Translations under genes and position numbers: made by a program
The notes under the pieces: model-generated
Seen by the model: the letters and a program-made list of their open reading frames with translations, nothing else
What the model was told of the DNA's origin: nothing
The model's database searches: none
NCBI GenBank assembly: GCA_951406725.2
Contig: OX597822.1
Span: 40,672,001-40,736,000 of the forward strand
From: Octopus vulgaris
Lineage: Eukaryota
DNA length: 64,000 bases
Direction of reading: 5' to 3'
Shown here: positions 25,678 through 40,052 of the stretch, in pieces
Position numbering within the stretch: the stretch's first letter is position 1
How the letters are laid out: each line of letters begins with the position of its first letter

Positions 25678-25806
25678 AATTGAATAAAATAGAATCAGCA
25701 AGAAGGAGTACGGTTAGAGAGCTATTTAATGTATCGAAACATATGTAGGGTTTATTAAATGGATGTCTAGCCCTACTCCTTCTTGTTGACTCTATTTTAT
25801 TCAATT
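25678..25806. mobile_element. ~130-bp element with ~40-bp terminal inverted repeats; second truncated copy at 30501-30600 in opposite orientation
   Basis: aattgaataaaatagaatcagcaagaaggagtacggttaga ... tctagccctactccttcttgttgactctattttattcaatt. The same spacer occurs in the second copy. Confidence 0.75.
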
Positions 25807-26681
25807 ATATATATATATATGTATAATCGCAGAACAGTACGCTATTTATATAAGAGGCAAGTTATGATATACAATACAGGTTTTTATCTAGTAAACAACT
25901 ACTACAGATAGCGGCTATCTGAAAATTAAAAGGAGTGAGTCCCCTTATTCAATAAACCAGAAGATCCATAAATCATCCGAAGAGTATATATAATAAACAT
26001 CGAAGTCTGGAGGGAATGATAATGCTTCTATTGCATATTTTACAATCGTTTCAACGTTTCACATTTTGACCTATCTTCCGTCATGTTCATTAACAAGTCA
26101 GCAGTTATTCACAGCATATACAGGACTTATTTCTTCTGAAGGTCGTAAAAAATACATATACTTCGAACAATAACTGACTCAAAAGAAGCAACACATACAA
26201 AGCAATTATTGATTTAGTCATATACAGTGATGATTATTTTGCACGGCATATATGAGAATTATTTGTTTAGAATATCGTAAAATATAATTACCAGACAGAT
26301 TCGGTGATTTCACTAATAAGTAGTACAGTCATCATCTTTTAACAATGGGTGGTTCTAAATAATCATATTCTGTCAAGGAAATGATAGAAAGAAAAAGAAG
26401 AAAAAGAAAGAATTAGATAAGATATTTAGCTCCGTTCAACCTTGACCTCTTAGTTCACAAGTACAAGTATATCTCCTGTTGTGTTGTCTTCTATGAATGA
26501 AGTGGCTGAATTCCCAAGTATTTCCAGGTCACCGATGATGTGCATTGTCTCCAGAATAACAGAATGTTTGAACATCAAAAGACGAACGCTTTTATTGTTT
26601 CCAACGGCATAGATATACTCGTACAAATAAACAATTAATCCCAACAATTCACGAACGCATACAATCTTTGACACACACACG

Positions 26682-26747
<66 letters not shown>

Positions 26748-27512
26748 CCATAAATATATTATTATATATAGACACACCGCAGCCAGACATCATGACTCTA
26801 ACAGTTTGAAACGTATGTCCTTATACTCCCACGCATATTTACACATACTTATTCACACACAGATACATAAGTACATATATAGATGTGCATATGCACAAAT
26901 GCACCAACACACACACACACGTGTACATGCGCAAACATATGTATCCTAATAATTTGCATCTTATGTCCTCATACTACCACGCACATTCATACACACGTTT
27001 TAACACATACACGAATGCATATACAGATACGCATAAGCACAAATACACCCAACACACACACACACACACACACAGATATATATCCTGACATCTTGATACG
27101 TGTGCCCTTATACTCACACGCATATTTATACAAACATCTCCACACATAAATACATACATAGATACGCTTATGCATAAAATACACACGCACATATATGTAT
27201 GTACGTGCGTGTTAACCTTCACACACGCATATATCTTATTATTCACGAATACGCAGTCATATGCAAGTATATTTCTCCACGTACATTTACACATGCATAT
27301 GTATACTCACTCATATGTTTATAGTCTTAAAACTAAAATATAAACACTTGTACAAATTCAACATACATAAACACAGACGTTTTAAGGCTATATACAAATA
27401 ACACTTCATATGTCTGAATAACTTTTCCTTTTCTTTTTTCTTAAAACCTTTACGGAAATGTACTTGCAAAGCAAGTGACTTGATCTGAGATCGTGTGCTG
27501 AAACAAGAATAC

Positions 27513-27839
27513 TTGCAGCGTGGAAAGTGCTTATAAGCCATTTGAAAAAACACACAAAAACCGTTAGATTCACTTCAATATTTAAATTTAATTTGCAATT
27601 TGCCGCCGCGACCTGTTTAGTTTGTGTCAAAATATTTTCGTCGCTTTGAAATCGTCGTGATCTGTTCACTGACAAAATTTCGTGATGCATCATGAAATTT
27701 TGTCAGTGAACAGGTCACGATTTCAAAGCGACGAAAATATTTTGACACAAACTAAATTTAAATGTTGAAGTGAATCTAACGGTTTTTGTGTGTGTGTGTG
27801 TGTGTGTTAAATTGCTAATAAACACCTTCCACGCTGCAA
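27513..27839. repeat. ~325-bp foldback palindrome with mirror hammerhead-like motifs (G3-C8 variant)
   Basis: Centre gatgcatc (27684-27691), ends ttgcagcgtggaa / ttccacgctgcaa. Motif at 27701-27747 (+) and 27625-27674 (-). Confidence 0.88.
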
Positions 27840-28126
27840 TCGTCTTAATATCTTAATCACTCACAAATATGCGCGCTCGCACACCATACATACATACTCA
27901 CTCACAAACAACTCCTCTCATATAAAATCAATACGCAATTTTACATATGTTCTCATGTTTACCTATTTGCACTTCTATAACCCTTTCAAAATATTCACAT
28001 TATATACTTTCACACCCATTTATAAACAAACTTCTCTACACATTTGCATTCATGTGTGTGTGTGTAAGCGTACGTGCGTGTGTGTATGTGTGCATGTGTG
28101 TATCTGTGCGTGTGTGTATATGTGTT

Positions 28127-28192
<66 letters not shown>

Positions 28193-28413
28193 CGTGTGTG
28201 TATATGTGTGTGTGCGCGCACACAAGTGCGTGTGTGTCTGTGTGTCTGTGTGCCTATGTGTCTGTGTGTTTATCTTACAAATAGACACGCATGTATATGC
28301 CTTTACGCATTCATGAACGCACATTTATCGTACCCTAGAACACAAAAATAACTGCAAGATTGTAAGATTTTCACAAAACTGTAATATATACATACACACA
28401 CACACACACACAC

Positions 28414-28454
<41 letters not shown>

Positions 28455-29200
28455 AATTTCCCCAAGTTAGCAGCATATTCATGCTTGAATGTCTACAAAT
28501 TATGATATACACAGAATCAGAAGCAAATACAGAAACTAATAAAATAAGACTGGCGCACAGGTACACATCAAGTCCATGCATTAAAGGATTATCCATATTG
28601 TAGGTTTTACACATCTAAAGATTGGATTATAGATCACTTGCTGTTCAAGCGTTGGTGGAAAATTTCCAGACCCTGCTCTAATTCCTCCGATTATCAGCAT
28701 CAGCAGGATATCATTTGACAGTTGGTTTTGGTTCAATGTTAGTTGAACAGTACCTTTTGAAAGATTTCAAATAGCGATGGTTACATCTTATAATGATTTC
28801 ATTGTGTTTGTTAATTGTATTTTCCTCAGATGACAGTATACAGTTAACGTTTGCAACAAACAAGTCACAAATTCCGCTCCCTCCATCGTCTGGAAATGTA
28901 GTCTGGAGTATTCGTTACTGCTAGGTGTCAAATTAACCTGGCTAAGGAGACGTTTTATTACTTGTTTTTATCCCTAAACGAGCTAATATGGTTCTACCAT
29001 CTACTTTTAAAACAGTTTCCAGTTGCTAGTATATTGTTATACATAATCCTGCGTTTGGATTGAACGAGTGTATACAATATTTCTCCGAAGGTAATTACTG
29101 TCCGAAGGGCATGTATATTTTTCACAAGGTACTGAAAAAGCAATTCCTGTATATGCTGTAAATAATTGCTGATGTGTCAATGAATATGACGTAATATATA

Positions 29201-30480
29201 CGAGGGGCGTTCAATAAGTAATGCCCCTGACCCACTTCCCATAGCAGTAGAGCAACGAAACTTGGCACTGTTATTAGTCTTTTTCTACATAGGAACCACC
29301 CAGAGTTACGCATTTCTCCCATCGTTTGATGCGGCTCTGCAGACCGTTTGTGTAGAAGAACCCAGCTTGGTCCTCCAGCCTCAACGTGACTTCAGAAATC
29401 AAGGCTGCATCATCTGGGAAACGCTTTCCTTTCAAAAACAACATCATGATTGGGAAGAGGTGAAAATCAGAGGGGGCAAGGTCAGGAAAGTAGGGGGGTT
29501 GGGGAGGAGTTCATAGCCATACGCCTGTGCTTCTGATCTGGCGACAAGCGAGTTGTGGACCGAAGCGTTGTCCTGCAGGAGGAGGATGCCTTTGCTGATC
29601 TTGCCCCGCCTCTTGATTTTGATAACTTCTCTGAATTTCCTCAAAAGTGAAGCATAATAGGCTCCTGCAATTGTGGTACCCTTTGCCAGGAAATCTGTCA
29701 TCACTACTCCGTCCTGGTCCCAGAAGACTGTGAGCATGACCTTGCCAGCGGAGGGCTGCACCCTTGCCTTCTTTGGAAGGGGTGAGTCACGGTGCTTCCA
29801 CTGCATTGACTGGGCTTTGGTTTATAGTGATGGACTCAGGTTTCATCCTGTGTAATCAGTCTTTTGAAAAATTTTGACTCATCTTCTTGGCACATCTCCA
29901 AATTCACCTTCGAGCACTCGACGCGTTCTTGCTTCTGGAAAGGCGTGAGCGACCTGGGAAGCCATCTGGCAGACACATTTTGCATATGCAAATGGTCATG
30001 AATGATAGTTTCCACAGACCCGGTACTATTCTTGACCTCATGGGCTATTTGGCGAATAATTATGCGTCGATCTTCCAAAATGGCAGCCTCAACTTGACGG
30101 ACAGATGCCTCATCAATGGCAGAAGGGGCGACCAGATCTGGGAGCTGTTCCACAGAGTTCCGACCATGTTTGAATTCACGATGCCAGCGTTTTACAAGGT
30201 CATATGATGGGGCATCATCACCATAAGTTACTTTCATTTCATCAAAAGTCTCCCGTGGTGTGCGTCCTTTCAAATACAAAAACCGGATCACTGCTCGACA
30301 CTCAACAGGCTCCATTTCACACTTGACTCGGTTCAAACACCTGTAAATCAGAAACCACAATTAATTCAGAGCTGTAATTTACCACTTACTCTATAGAGAT
30401 ATAAATGATTGCACATGCAATTTCAGCTCGATCAAACAACTGCAAGTGGGTCAGAGGCATTACTTATTGAACGTCCCTCG
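29201..30480 (-). mobile_element. Full-length 1280-bp mariner transposon (irritans-subfamily-like) with both TIRs and TA target-site duplication
   Basis: TA|CGAGGGGCGTTCAATAAGTAATGCCCCTGACCCACTT ... AAGTGGGTCAGAGGCATTACTTATTGAACGTCCCTCG|TA: 37-bp TIRs with 2 mismatches. Confidence 0.96.
29274..30315 (-). pseudogene. Frameshifted mariner DD34D-type transposase
   Basis: MEPVECRAVIRFLYLKG...(HTH) ARWLPRSL, RLITQDET, SAGKVMLTVFWDQDG, LLQDNASVH; C-terminus GSYVEKD*. Split over several frames. Confidence 0.93.
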
Positions 30481-30769
30481 TATAATAGAATAATATATAT
30501 AATTGAATAAAATACAGTCAACAAGAAGGAGTACGGTTAGACACCTGTTTAATAAACACTACACATATTTCGATACATTAAATAGCTGTCTAACCGTACT
30601 TATTTGTGAAATGCAGTGAAATGCTGTTGTTCTGCTGCAGAAAGTAGTCTATATTTATGGTGGGGAGGGTGACAGGGCGCTAGGAATGTGGCCTGGGTGG
30701 CAAGGGGACGGCAGCTTGTAAACGATTGGCAACTACTGAACTAGATAGACTACGGCTGAGAGATAACAG

Positions 30770-31525
30770 TTTTCACAAAGTAGTCGCTCTCAACTTCTAC
30801 TAAAGATTCAAAACAGGTCCGGAACCTGCCACGTGCTTGTTCACAATGTCCCTGCGAAGATCTTCAAGCACTTCTTTGGCTTTGGCCACCAACTCGGCCT
30901 TTGCATTGCAGACAGAGCAGTTTGCGTCTTTCTCAACTGAGTTCCACTGGTTAGTAATCTATGAGATTACAATTGGGAGAATTAGGGGGTTAGAAATTGG
31001 AGGTAATGAAGTTACAGAAATTCTTCGACAACCACTTCTGAATATTTGCAGTGGTATGGCAAAGAGCCGAATGCTGCTGCCACATATATGACTGTCCAGC
31101 AGTAACCCTCTCCATCCAAAGTTTGAGCACAGTCCCTAGCAGTTTCACATAACCATTTGATTGAGCGTAAAGCTATGTTCAAAAATGTAGGGTTGCACTT
31201 TGGAGTGCGAAGTCAGTTAGAACATCTACCATGTCCCTTCCTGTTGGCCGCGGCTTCGTGTTCTCCGCTGCAGCTGTCTATGTCACGTCTTACAGCCTTT
31301 AAAGTGTTGTTTACAGGGCATTAAGCAGCTTTCGTGAAGCCGGCATCATGAAACCCGTCGCGAATCATAATAATAAAAGTAACTCTTTTCTAATATTCAG
31401 ATGGCTTCCAGTCCTCTATGTCAGATAACTATTTTCAACTACAACCTTAACTATTCGCCAATACATCTAGCTGCTCCTTAAAAAAGGGAGGTATAAAAAT
31501 CATCAAATTTAACCCGACCACTGCA
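30770..31525 (-). mobile_element. Decayed Tc1/mariner-superfamily (maT/DD37D-like) transposon relic
   Basis: Minus-strand YMWQQHSALCHT (QQDxAPxHT-like) and F*PPNSPNCNLIDY (WPPNSPDxNPxDY-like). Terminus cagtggtcgggttaaatttgatgattttt resembles cagggtgttcgggttaaatttaacgattttt at ~48199. Confidence 0.7.
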
Positions 31526-31887
31526 TTCATACATACATACATTCTTCTATACTTTCATATGTTTCAGCGTTAAGGTTGTGGCCATGATGGAGCACCACCA
31601 TATACTACAGATATGAATATATATGCACACATATATAGATGTATATGTACATACACGCGAGCACGCACGCACGCGCGCACGAAATGCTACTTTCAGTTTC
31701 TGTCCAGCAAATCCATTCACAATGCTATAGTAGATGATATTTGGTCAAAGTGCTATTCAGTGAGACTGAACGCAAGACCACATGGTTGGGTAACAGGCTT
31801 CTGAATCACGCAACCACACATATGTATATATTTGTTGTCTACACCACCTGGTTTCGTCTTTTGTTTCATTTTTTGTGAACCCTCTCC

Positions 31888-31919
<32 letters not shown>

Positions 31920-31924
31920 AAAAT

Positions 31925-32248
<324 letters not shown>

Positions 32249-32673
32249 GGTATGTAGAAAAATACAACATGGACAAGAACGTATAACTCCTAGAAGACGA
32301 TACGATAAACACGGACAGGACATTCGAAACCCTCAGTCTTCAGTCAAGAACCGGATCATCGTAGTAATTTCGGCTGATTAATCTTGAGATTACTAGATCA
32401 CAGCCAGCCCTCCAAGAAAACTAAGCAACGAGCATTAGAAAAACTAAGCCGGAAGCGTAGATTTCCTGGAAGAAGGATCGAATGCATACGAACACCAGGA
32501 CAACAAAAGGGACAGATATAAAAAAAAACAAAAAACAATAATGGAATACAGAAACATGAAATACAGAAGCATTAACGGTGAAAACAACAGTGTCTTACGA
32601 CTGATAACAAGCAAACAAATTTTTTCTCTGGCGCAATGGAAAAAGCCTTTATAGCGGCGGACAAAAACAGCGA

Positions 32674-32724
<51 letters not shown>

Positions 32725-32727
<3 letters not shown>

Positions 32728-32962
32728 GGTGGCCCAAAAGTAGGTTTACAGTTATCACGCATGCACATCAAATTTCTTTTAAAACATTTTATTACATTTA
32801 AATTTCTGTCTTACAAACTGAAAAGGGAGCTTGACAAAATTATGTAAATTAGCATAGAATAATGGTTTCAAATTTTTTTTTCATAATTAAGTTCTAAACT
32901 GTTAATACATGAATGCGAAAGAGATAGTTGAATAACTGTAAACCTACTTTTGGGCCACCCTG
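32725..32962. mobile_element. 238-bp Tc1/mariner-type MITE
   Basis: Perfect 31-bp TIRs CAGGGTGGCCCAAAAGTAGGTTTACAGTTAT / ATAACTGTAAACCTACTTTTGGGCCACCCTG, inserted in (TA)n. Confidence 0.92.
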
Positions 32963-33238
32963 TGTATATATATATATATATATATTTATATATAGAGAGA
33001 GGGAGATATACACACACACGTATACATACATACATACATACATACATACATACATACATACATACATACATACATACATACAAACATACATACATACATG
33101 TATACATACATACAGGTATGTATGTGTGTATGTGTGTATATATATATTCATGTGTAGTTAATGTAGTTTTCATTCTGGGTGATTCTGTCGTACTTCGCTC
33201 CTTGCGAATATTTAAAATTAAAATCGAAGCAAACAACC

Positions 33239-33282
<44 letters not shown>

Positions 33283-33900
33283 TGCACGCGCGCGCGCAGC
33301 GCAGCGAATCACCCCTATCTCCACGCACACAGTGAATCTCATACATCGCAACTGAATGTCACAATTTGCTCACACGCTTTTGGAGTTAGTCAAAATTTCT
33401 TAGGCACATATAGCATCACATTTATTTCTCCTCATCCTACCTCTATAGAACTGGTGCTGCTGCTCCTACTGCTGCTGCTGCTGCTGCTGCTGCTTCTGCT
33501 AGTTCTTCTAACTCTCTAAGGAAGTAAAAGTGGAAATTAAATGGCAAGGCAAACTGTTCCTAAATAATAATAAAGGTTTCCCCCTATCGTATTACGATCT
33601 ACAGTGATGATCGCTTATGCCCTATATTACAGCGCCCTCATAAGTGGTGCACTAATTAGAAGATTTAGATAGGGCACGAACACGCCTCTCTAAATTTCCA
33701 ATTTGGCTCCATTATTACATAGACAATTTTATTCCTTAACAAATGATGCAAGGAGTGTGAAAAGTGACGAAGACGCCAGTAGATTTATCAAATTAGAAGA
33801 CCATGTACGTGTGTTGTACATATGATTTGATTGTATATGTAAATATATATATGTGTGTGAATATATATACATATATATATATATATACATATAAATATGC

Positions 33901-33951
<51 letters not shown>

Positions 33952-34067
33952 CGTGTATGTGTGTGTATCTGTGTCTGCGTGTTCGTGCGTGGATGTTAAT
34001 ATATCTACAGTAATAGAATTTCATAAAGCTTTTTATTCTTTTTTTACGTATTTCAGTACACACACAT

Positions 34068-34126
<59 letters not shown>

Positions 34127-34264
34127 TGCAGATATACAGACATTCATACATGCACACATCTGCGCACACAAAATACACACACAAACGGACATATGTATAC
34201 GTGTATCTAGAGGTGGTGGTTGTATGTATATGTATATATATATATATACACACACATACACACT

Positions 34265-34301
<37 letters not shown>

Positions 34302-34591
34302 GATATATATATATATATGTATATATATATACACACGTGTATATATATATGTGTATATATATGTATATATATGTACATATATATACATACATATATATAT
34401 GTATATATATGTACATATATATACATACATATATGTATGTATTATGTATGTACGTATATATGTATGTATGTATGTATGCATGTATAGTATGTATATATGT
34501 ATGTACATTGCTTATATGATACATTTATAAATATTCATAGTTGAGTGATAATATATTTCTGTTTGTATATTTGTGCGTGTGTGTTTGTGTT

Positions 34592-34680
<89 letters not shown>

Positions 34681-34972
34681 TTTGTTTTAATTTTTGTTTG
34701 ACGTGCGCGTGCTCTTTGTTTTAACTGTAGTTGATCTTCGTTGGAAGGAAGCAAATAATAAACAGCTTATTATTTTGAGACAAACACCAGTCTAAGAGCT
34801 GGAACAACATTACCGACAATCCTACAGACGGCAACAACTGTAGTGAGAGAGAGAGACAACAACGACGACAACAACAGCAACAGCAACAACAATAATATTA
34901 ATACTAATAACTACAACAACAATGATAACATCATCAGCAGCAGCAACTATGAGAACAAGAATAACAATAACA

Positions 34973-35054
<82 letters not shown>

Positions 35055-35512
35055 CGACGACGATAATGATGATGGTGGTGGTGATGATGATGATGGTGAT
35101 GATGATGATGATGACGACGATGATGATGATGATGGTGGTGAATGATGATGACGGCGATGATAACGACGGTGATGGTGATGGTGATGGCAGCGATGATGAT
35201 GACGATGATATTAATAACGTCACTAACAACATCAAAACCGTTCACAACAACGACAAGAACAACAACTGCAACGTCAGCAGTAAATCAATAACTAAGAGGA
35301 CTATCGCATAAAGAATTAAAGCAAGCAAAAGCCCAGTGCCAAAGAGAGACTTCGAGTCGAGTCTAATATTCTAGACAGGATTATAATATTTTCACCGCCA
35401 TTGTAAATATGAACAACACACACGTACACGCACACACATAACATAACATACATACATACATGCACACACGCGTACATATAAACATATATATAAATATATA
35501 CATATATATATA

Positions 35513-35559
<47 letters not shown>

Positions 35560-35793
35560 ACATGTGTGCATGCATGCGATATTTGAATGAATAAAATGGC
35601 GGTAATTTATTACTAGTTTCGTTAGCACTGTAGAAATAGTATGTTTGTATGTTTCTATTTTGTGTGTGTATGTGTGTGTCTGTGTGTGTCTGTGTGTGTC
35701 TGTGTGCGCGCGCGCGCGTGCGTGTCTGAGTAATTTGCATATAATAGTAATATGGAAAGATCATACGGACTAATATGTGTGTGAGTGTATATA

Positions 35794-35863
<70 letters not shown>

Positions 35864-35910
35864 TGAATATAAATATATATACATATATGTATATATATAT
35901 GTATATATAA

Positions 35911-35949
<39 letters not shown>

Positions 35950-35957
35950 CATATATA

Positions 35958-36009
<52 letters not shown>

Positions 36010-36010
36010 A

Positions 36011-36051
<41 letters not shown>

Positions 36052-36180
36052 TGATGCGAATATCTATTCTTTTCTTTTATGATTTTCAGTTATTTGTGCA
36101 TTAATTAAAACGTGTTTGCATTTGTATATGAATGCGTCCGTTAGTTGCATGTATGTATATATAAATATGTGACTGTATTC

Positions 36181-36227
<47 letters not shown>

Positions 36228-36621
36228 TGTGTGTGCTTGTGTGTGTGAGTGTGTGTGTATTGACGGTCCTGTCCATTGTTTTTGCCTTCCTTTTTTCGTT
36301 TCGTTGCTTCGCATTTTATTTGTCATTCCTTTTGCGCATGCGTATCTTGCTTGCGCATGCGTTTTTATAAATGCGTATATGTGTGTTTGTGTGTATAAAA
36401 TCCCTTGTTTACATTAATGTCGTCTGTGTGTTTCGCGTCAGAATCTGTATTGCTGTGTGTATATATATGATTATTTAACTAACTACACATGTGTATATTC
36501 GCTTCTCTTTCCTGTGTATCTGCGTACAACCTTATATGTGTGTGTTTATATAGCGTTCCTTCTATGCATGCAGATGTGTCAGTACATAAGTCAGTGTGTG
36601 TATGTCTACGTGTGTACGTTC

Positions 36622-36666
<45 letters not shown>

Positions 36667-36870
36667 AAGTATTTATGTGTGCTTCGTTCTTTGTATTTGT
36701 ATGTGTTTACATGTGTGAGAGTGTATGTACGCTCTACACACTGGCATTATTAGGGAGTGTATATAAATGTCCAGCATAGAATGTGATCGATTAGTTTTTA
36801 GCAATATATCCCTATGCGTGTGTTAGTATTTGCGCGCGTATGTGTGCGGTTGTGTTTGCGTATGTGTGCG

Positions 36871-36971
<101 letters not shown>

Positions 36972-37171
36972 GGCATAATGATAAAGAAAATGTGTGTGTG
37001 TGTGTGTGTGTGTGTGTATCTTTGCGATGTTTGTTATTGTTTGATCCCAGCTTAGTCTTCATTTAATAAACCTATAAATCGTTAATCAAAGATATTTCCA
37101 GCCGTGCCAATCCCATCCATTCTTCGATATTATCTAATATGTTCTCTCGGGTTTTTTGTTTGATTGTTTAT

Positions 37172-37556
37172 TCTTTTACTCTTTTACTTGTTTCAGTCAT
37201 TTGACTGTGGCCATGCTGAAGCACCGCCTTTAGTTGAGCAAATCGACACCAGGACTTATTCTTTGTAAGCCTAGTACTTACTCTATCGGTCTCTTATGTC
37301 GAACCGCTAGGTTACGGGGATGTAAACACACCAGCATCGGTTGTCAAGCGGTGTTGGGTGGACAAACACAGACACACACCCATACACAAATACATATATA
37401 TACATATAAATATACACGACGGGCTTCTTTTCAGTTTCCGTCGTCCAAATCTACACACAAGGCTTTGGTTGACCCGAAGATATAGTAGAAGACACTTGCC
37501 TAAGGTGCCACGCACTGGGAATGAACCCGGAACCATGTACTTACCACACAGCCACT
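37172..37556 (-). mobile_element. SINE family A
   Basis: Reverse complement of family A with a small deletion in the head. Confidence 0.9.
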
Positions 37557-37978
37557 TGTTCGTTTTTATTTATTTATCTATTTAGTTTTTTCTTTAAATA
37601 GTCGGGTCTGAGGCAGATTTAGCCGTCGATTCTACAAGCTCAGAATATTCATGTTGAAGAGACATCTGCTGTTGTTGTTGTTGTTGTTGGTGGTGGTTGT
37701 AGTATTCCTGTAGTATCTGGTGATGATGGCGATGGTGGTTGCTTAGCTCTAGATCAAGCCTTACGTCCCGCAAACCTATCTATAATGCCATACCAGTCGT
37801 GACCATTCTTTAATCTTTCAGACGTTCCCATGTCTTTGTAATAATAGCTATGATTGGACGGTGTGATGTGAGGGAGATTTACTACTACTTCTACCAAGTC
37901 GAGCAACATCATAAACTTCGGTACTCAAACACACACATACACACACACACGCACACACACTCTCTCTCTTTCTCTCTT

Positions 37979-38009
<31 letters not shown>

Positions 38010-38178
38010 CTCTTTCTCCCTCACACACACGCACATTTTTCTCTCACTCACACGCTCTCTCTGAATGTGTGTATATATAGTGTGTGTTTGTGTAAGCTTC
38101 TATGTGTGCGCAATGAGATGTGTTGTCGTGTAAACGCGTGTGTGCTTACGCGTGTGAGTATATAACTGATATTTACAT

Positions 38179-38321
38179 AGGCACAGGAGTGACTGTGTGG
38201 CAAGTAGCTTGCTTACCAACCACATTGTTCCAAGTTCAGCCCCACAGCGTGGTAACTTGGGCAAATGTCTTCGACTATAGCCTCGGGTCGGCCACTTCTG
38301 AGTGGATTTGGTAGACAGGAA

Positions 38322-38322
<1 letters not shown>
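38179..38322 (+). mobile_element. SINE family A 5' half
   Basis: ggcacaggagtgactgtgtggcaagtagcttgcttaccaaccac...gagtggatttggtagac, followed by (TA)n. Confidence 0.85.
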
Positions 38323-38350
<28 letters not shown>

Positions 38351-38358
<8 letters not shown>

Positions 38359-38591
38359 ATGTTACATTACTCGGTAGTCAAGATAAAACTCTGAGTTTCA
38401 GATGCCGAAGTGGAAATCCACAACACCATCTCATCGGTTATCTGGCTATTTGAAAACGTTATCTAGATAACGTTATCTAGATAACGTTTTCAAATAGCCA
38501 GATAACCGATGAGATGGTGTTGTGGATTTCACTTCGGCATCTGAAACTCAGAGTTTTATCTTGACTACCGAGTAATGTAACATATTGTATA
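38351..38591. repeat. Near-perfect 241-bp palindrome with mirror hammerhead-like motifs (U4C variant); right arm extends to ~38660
   Basis: I see only one 1-nt indel between the arms. Centre aaaacgttatctagataacgttatctagataacgtttt. Motif at 38500-38561 (+) and ~38381-38443 (-). Confidence 0.92.
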
Positions 38592-38657
38592 GATAAATTT
38601 CCTCTATTTACATAATATTGAGGTCTCTTTCTTTCTTTTGTTATCTTACCGTTTTAT

Positions 38658-38781
<124 letters not shown>

Positions 38782-38808
38782 CTGTGTTTGTGTTTGTGTC
38801 CTCCCACC

Positions 38809-38938
38809 AGTACTTATTCTATCGGTCTCTTTTGCCGAACAGCTAGGTTACGGGGACGTAAACACATCAGCATCGGTTGTCAAGCAATGTTTGGGGGACA
38901 AACACAGACTCACAAACACACACATATTCACACACACA

Positions 38939-39017
<79 letters not shown>

Positions 39018-39184
39018 GTATATACGACAGGCTTCTTCCAGTTTCCGTCTACCAAATCCACTCACAAGGCTTTGGTCGACCCGAGGCTATAGTAGATGAC
39101 ACTTGCCCAAGATGCCACGCAGTGGGACTGAACTCGGAACCATATGGTTCGTAAGCAAGCTACTTACCACACAGCCACTCCTAC
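38809..39184 (-). mobile_element. SINE family A lacking its 3' tail
   Basis: Reverse complement of family A with an expanded internal (TA)n(TG)n. Confidence 0.9.
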
Positions 39185-39893
39185 GTGTGTATATAGATGT
39201 GCATATATGTATTATATGTGCTTGCATAAATACATATACGCATACGAGTATATGCCTATGTACGTGTGTGCGTGTGTGTGTTGATGTGTGCCTGTGTACA
39301 TGTGTGTCTGTATATGCATAAATACTTACGCTGACGCAAGTATATGTGTATGTGTTTATGTATGCTTGCAATCGTGTGAGCATTAGTGTATATGTCTGCG
39401 TATTTGCATTTACGTATGTCTGTGTGCGTATGTTTATGTGTGTGTATGCTAGTGCGTCCGTACTGTTATGATTGTTGATTAACAGGAACGAAGACAAAAT
39501 ATTAGGAAAAACCCCAAACTGCCACCGCCGCCACCGCCACCATCACCACCACCACCACCACTACCACCACCACTACCATCACCACAACCACCACCACCAC
39601 CTCCAACAACGACGACAACGACAATAATGGCAAGAACAAAACACCAACACCAGCAAGCAGACAACAACAACAACAACAACACAAACAAACAAAGCAAGGA
39701 TCATCGGCAACAGACAATGAACACCATCACCAAGGCTAACCCCTTCCTCGACACTATGGCTCCTGTTACTGGACCAACTCGAACCCAGCAACTCCAGTTT
39801 ATTGACGCCAAATATTAATATTTCTATATCAACACACACATCCATTGATCTCTCTCTCACTTTCTCTCTCTCTTTCTTTCTGTCTCCTTCATT

Positions 39894-39941
<48 letters not shown>

Positions 39942-40015
39942 ACCTCGTGCATACAACATATTTGAGTTTTGTGTGCGTAGATTTGTCTGCGTGTGTGTGA
40001 GGGTGTGTGCCTGTA

Positions 40016-40052
<37 letters not shown>

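Noticed and set aside
33604-33700. C-box GTGATGA suggesting a C/D snoRNA
   Set aside because: No D box (CTGA) at a suitable distance and no terminal stem.
38351-38591. Possible pre-miRNA hairpin or CRISPR-like repeat
   Set aside because: Too long and perfect for a pre-miRNA, no repeat-spacer array, and a eukaryotic context. Better explained as a retroelement foldback.
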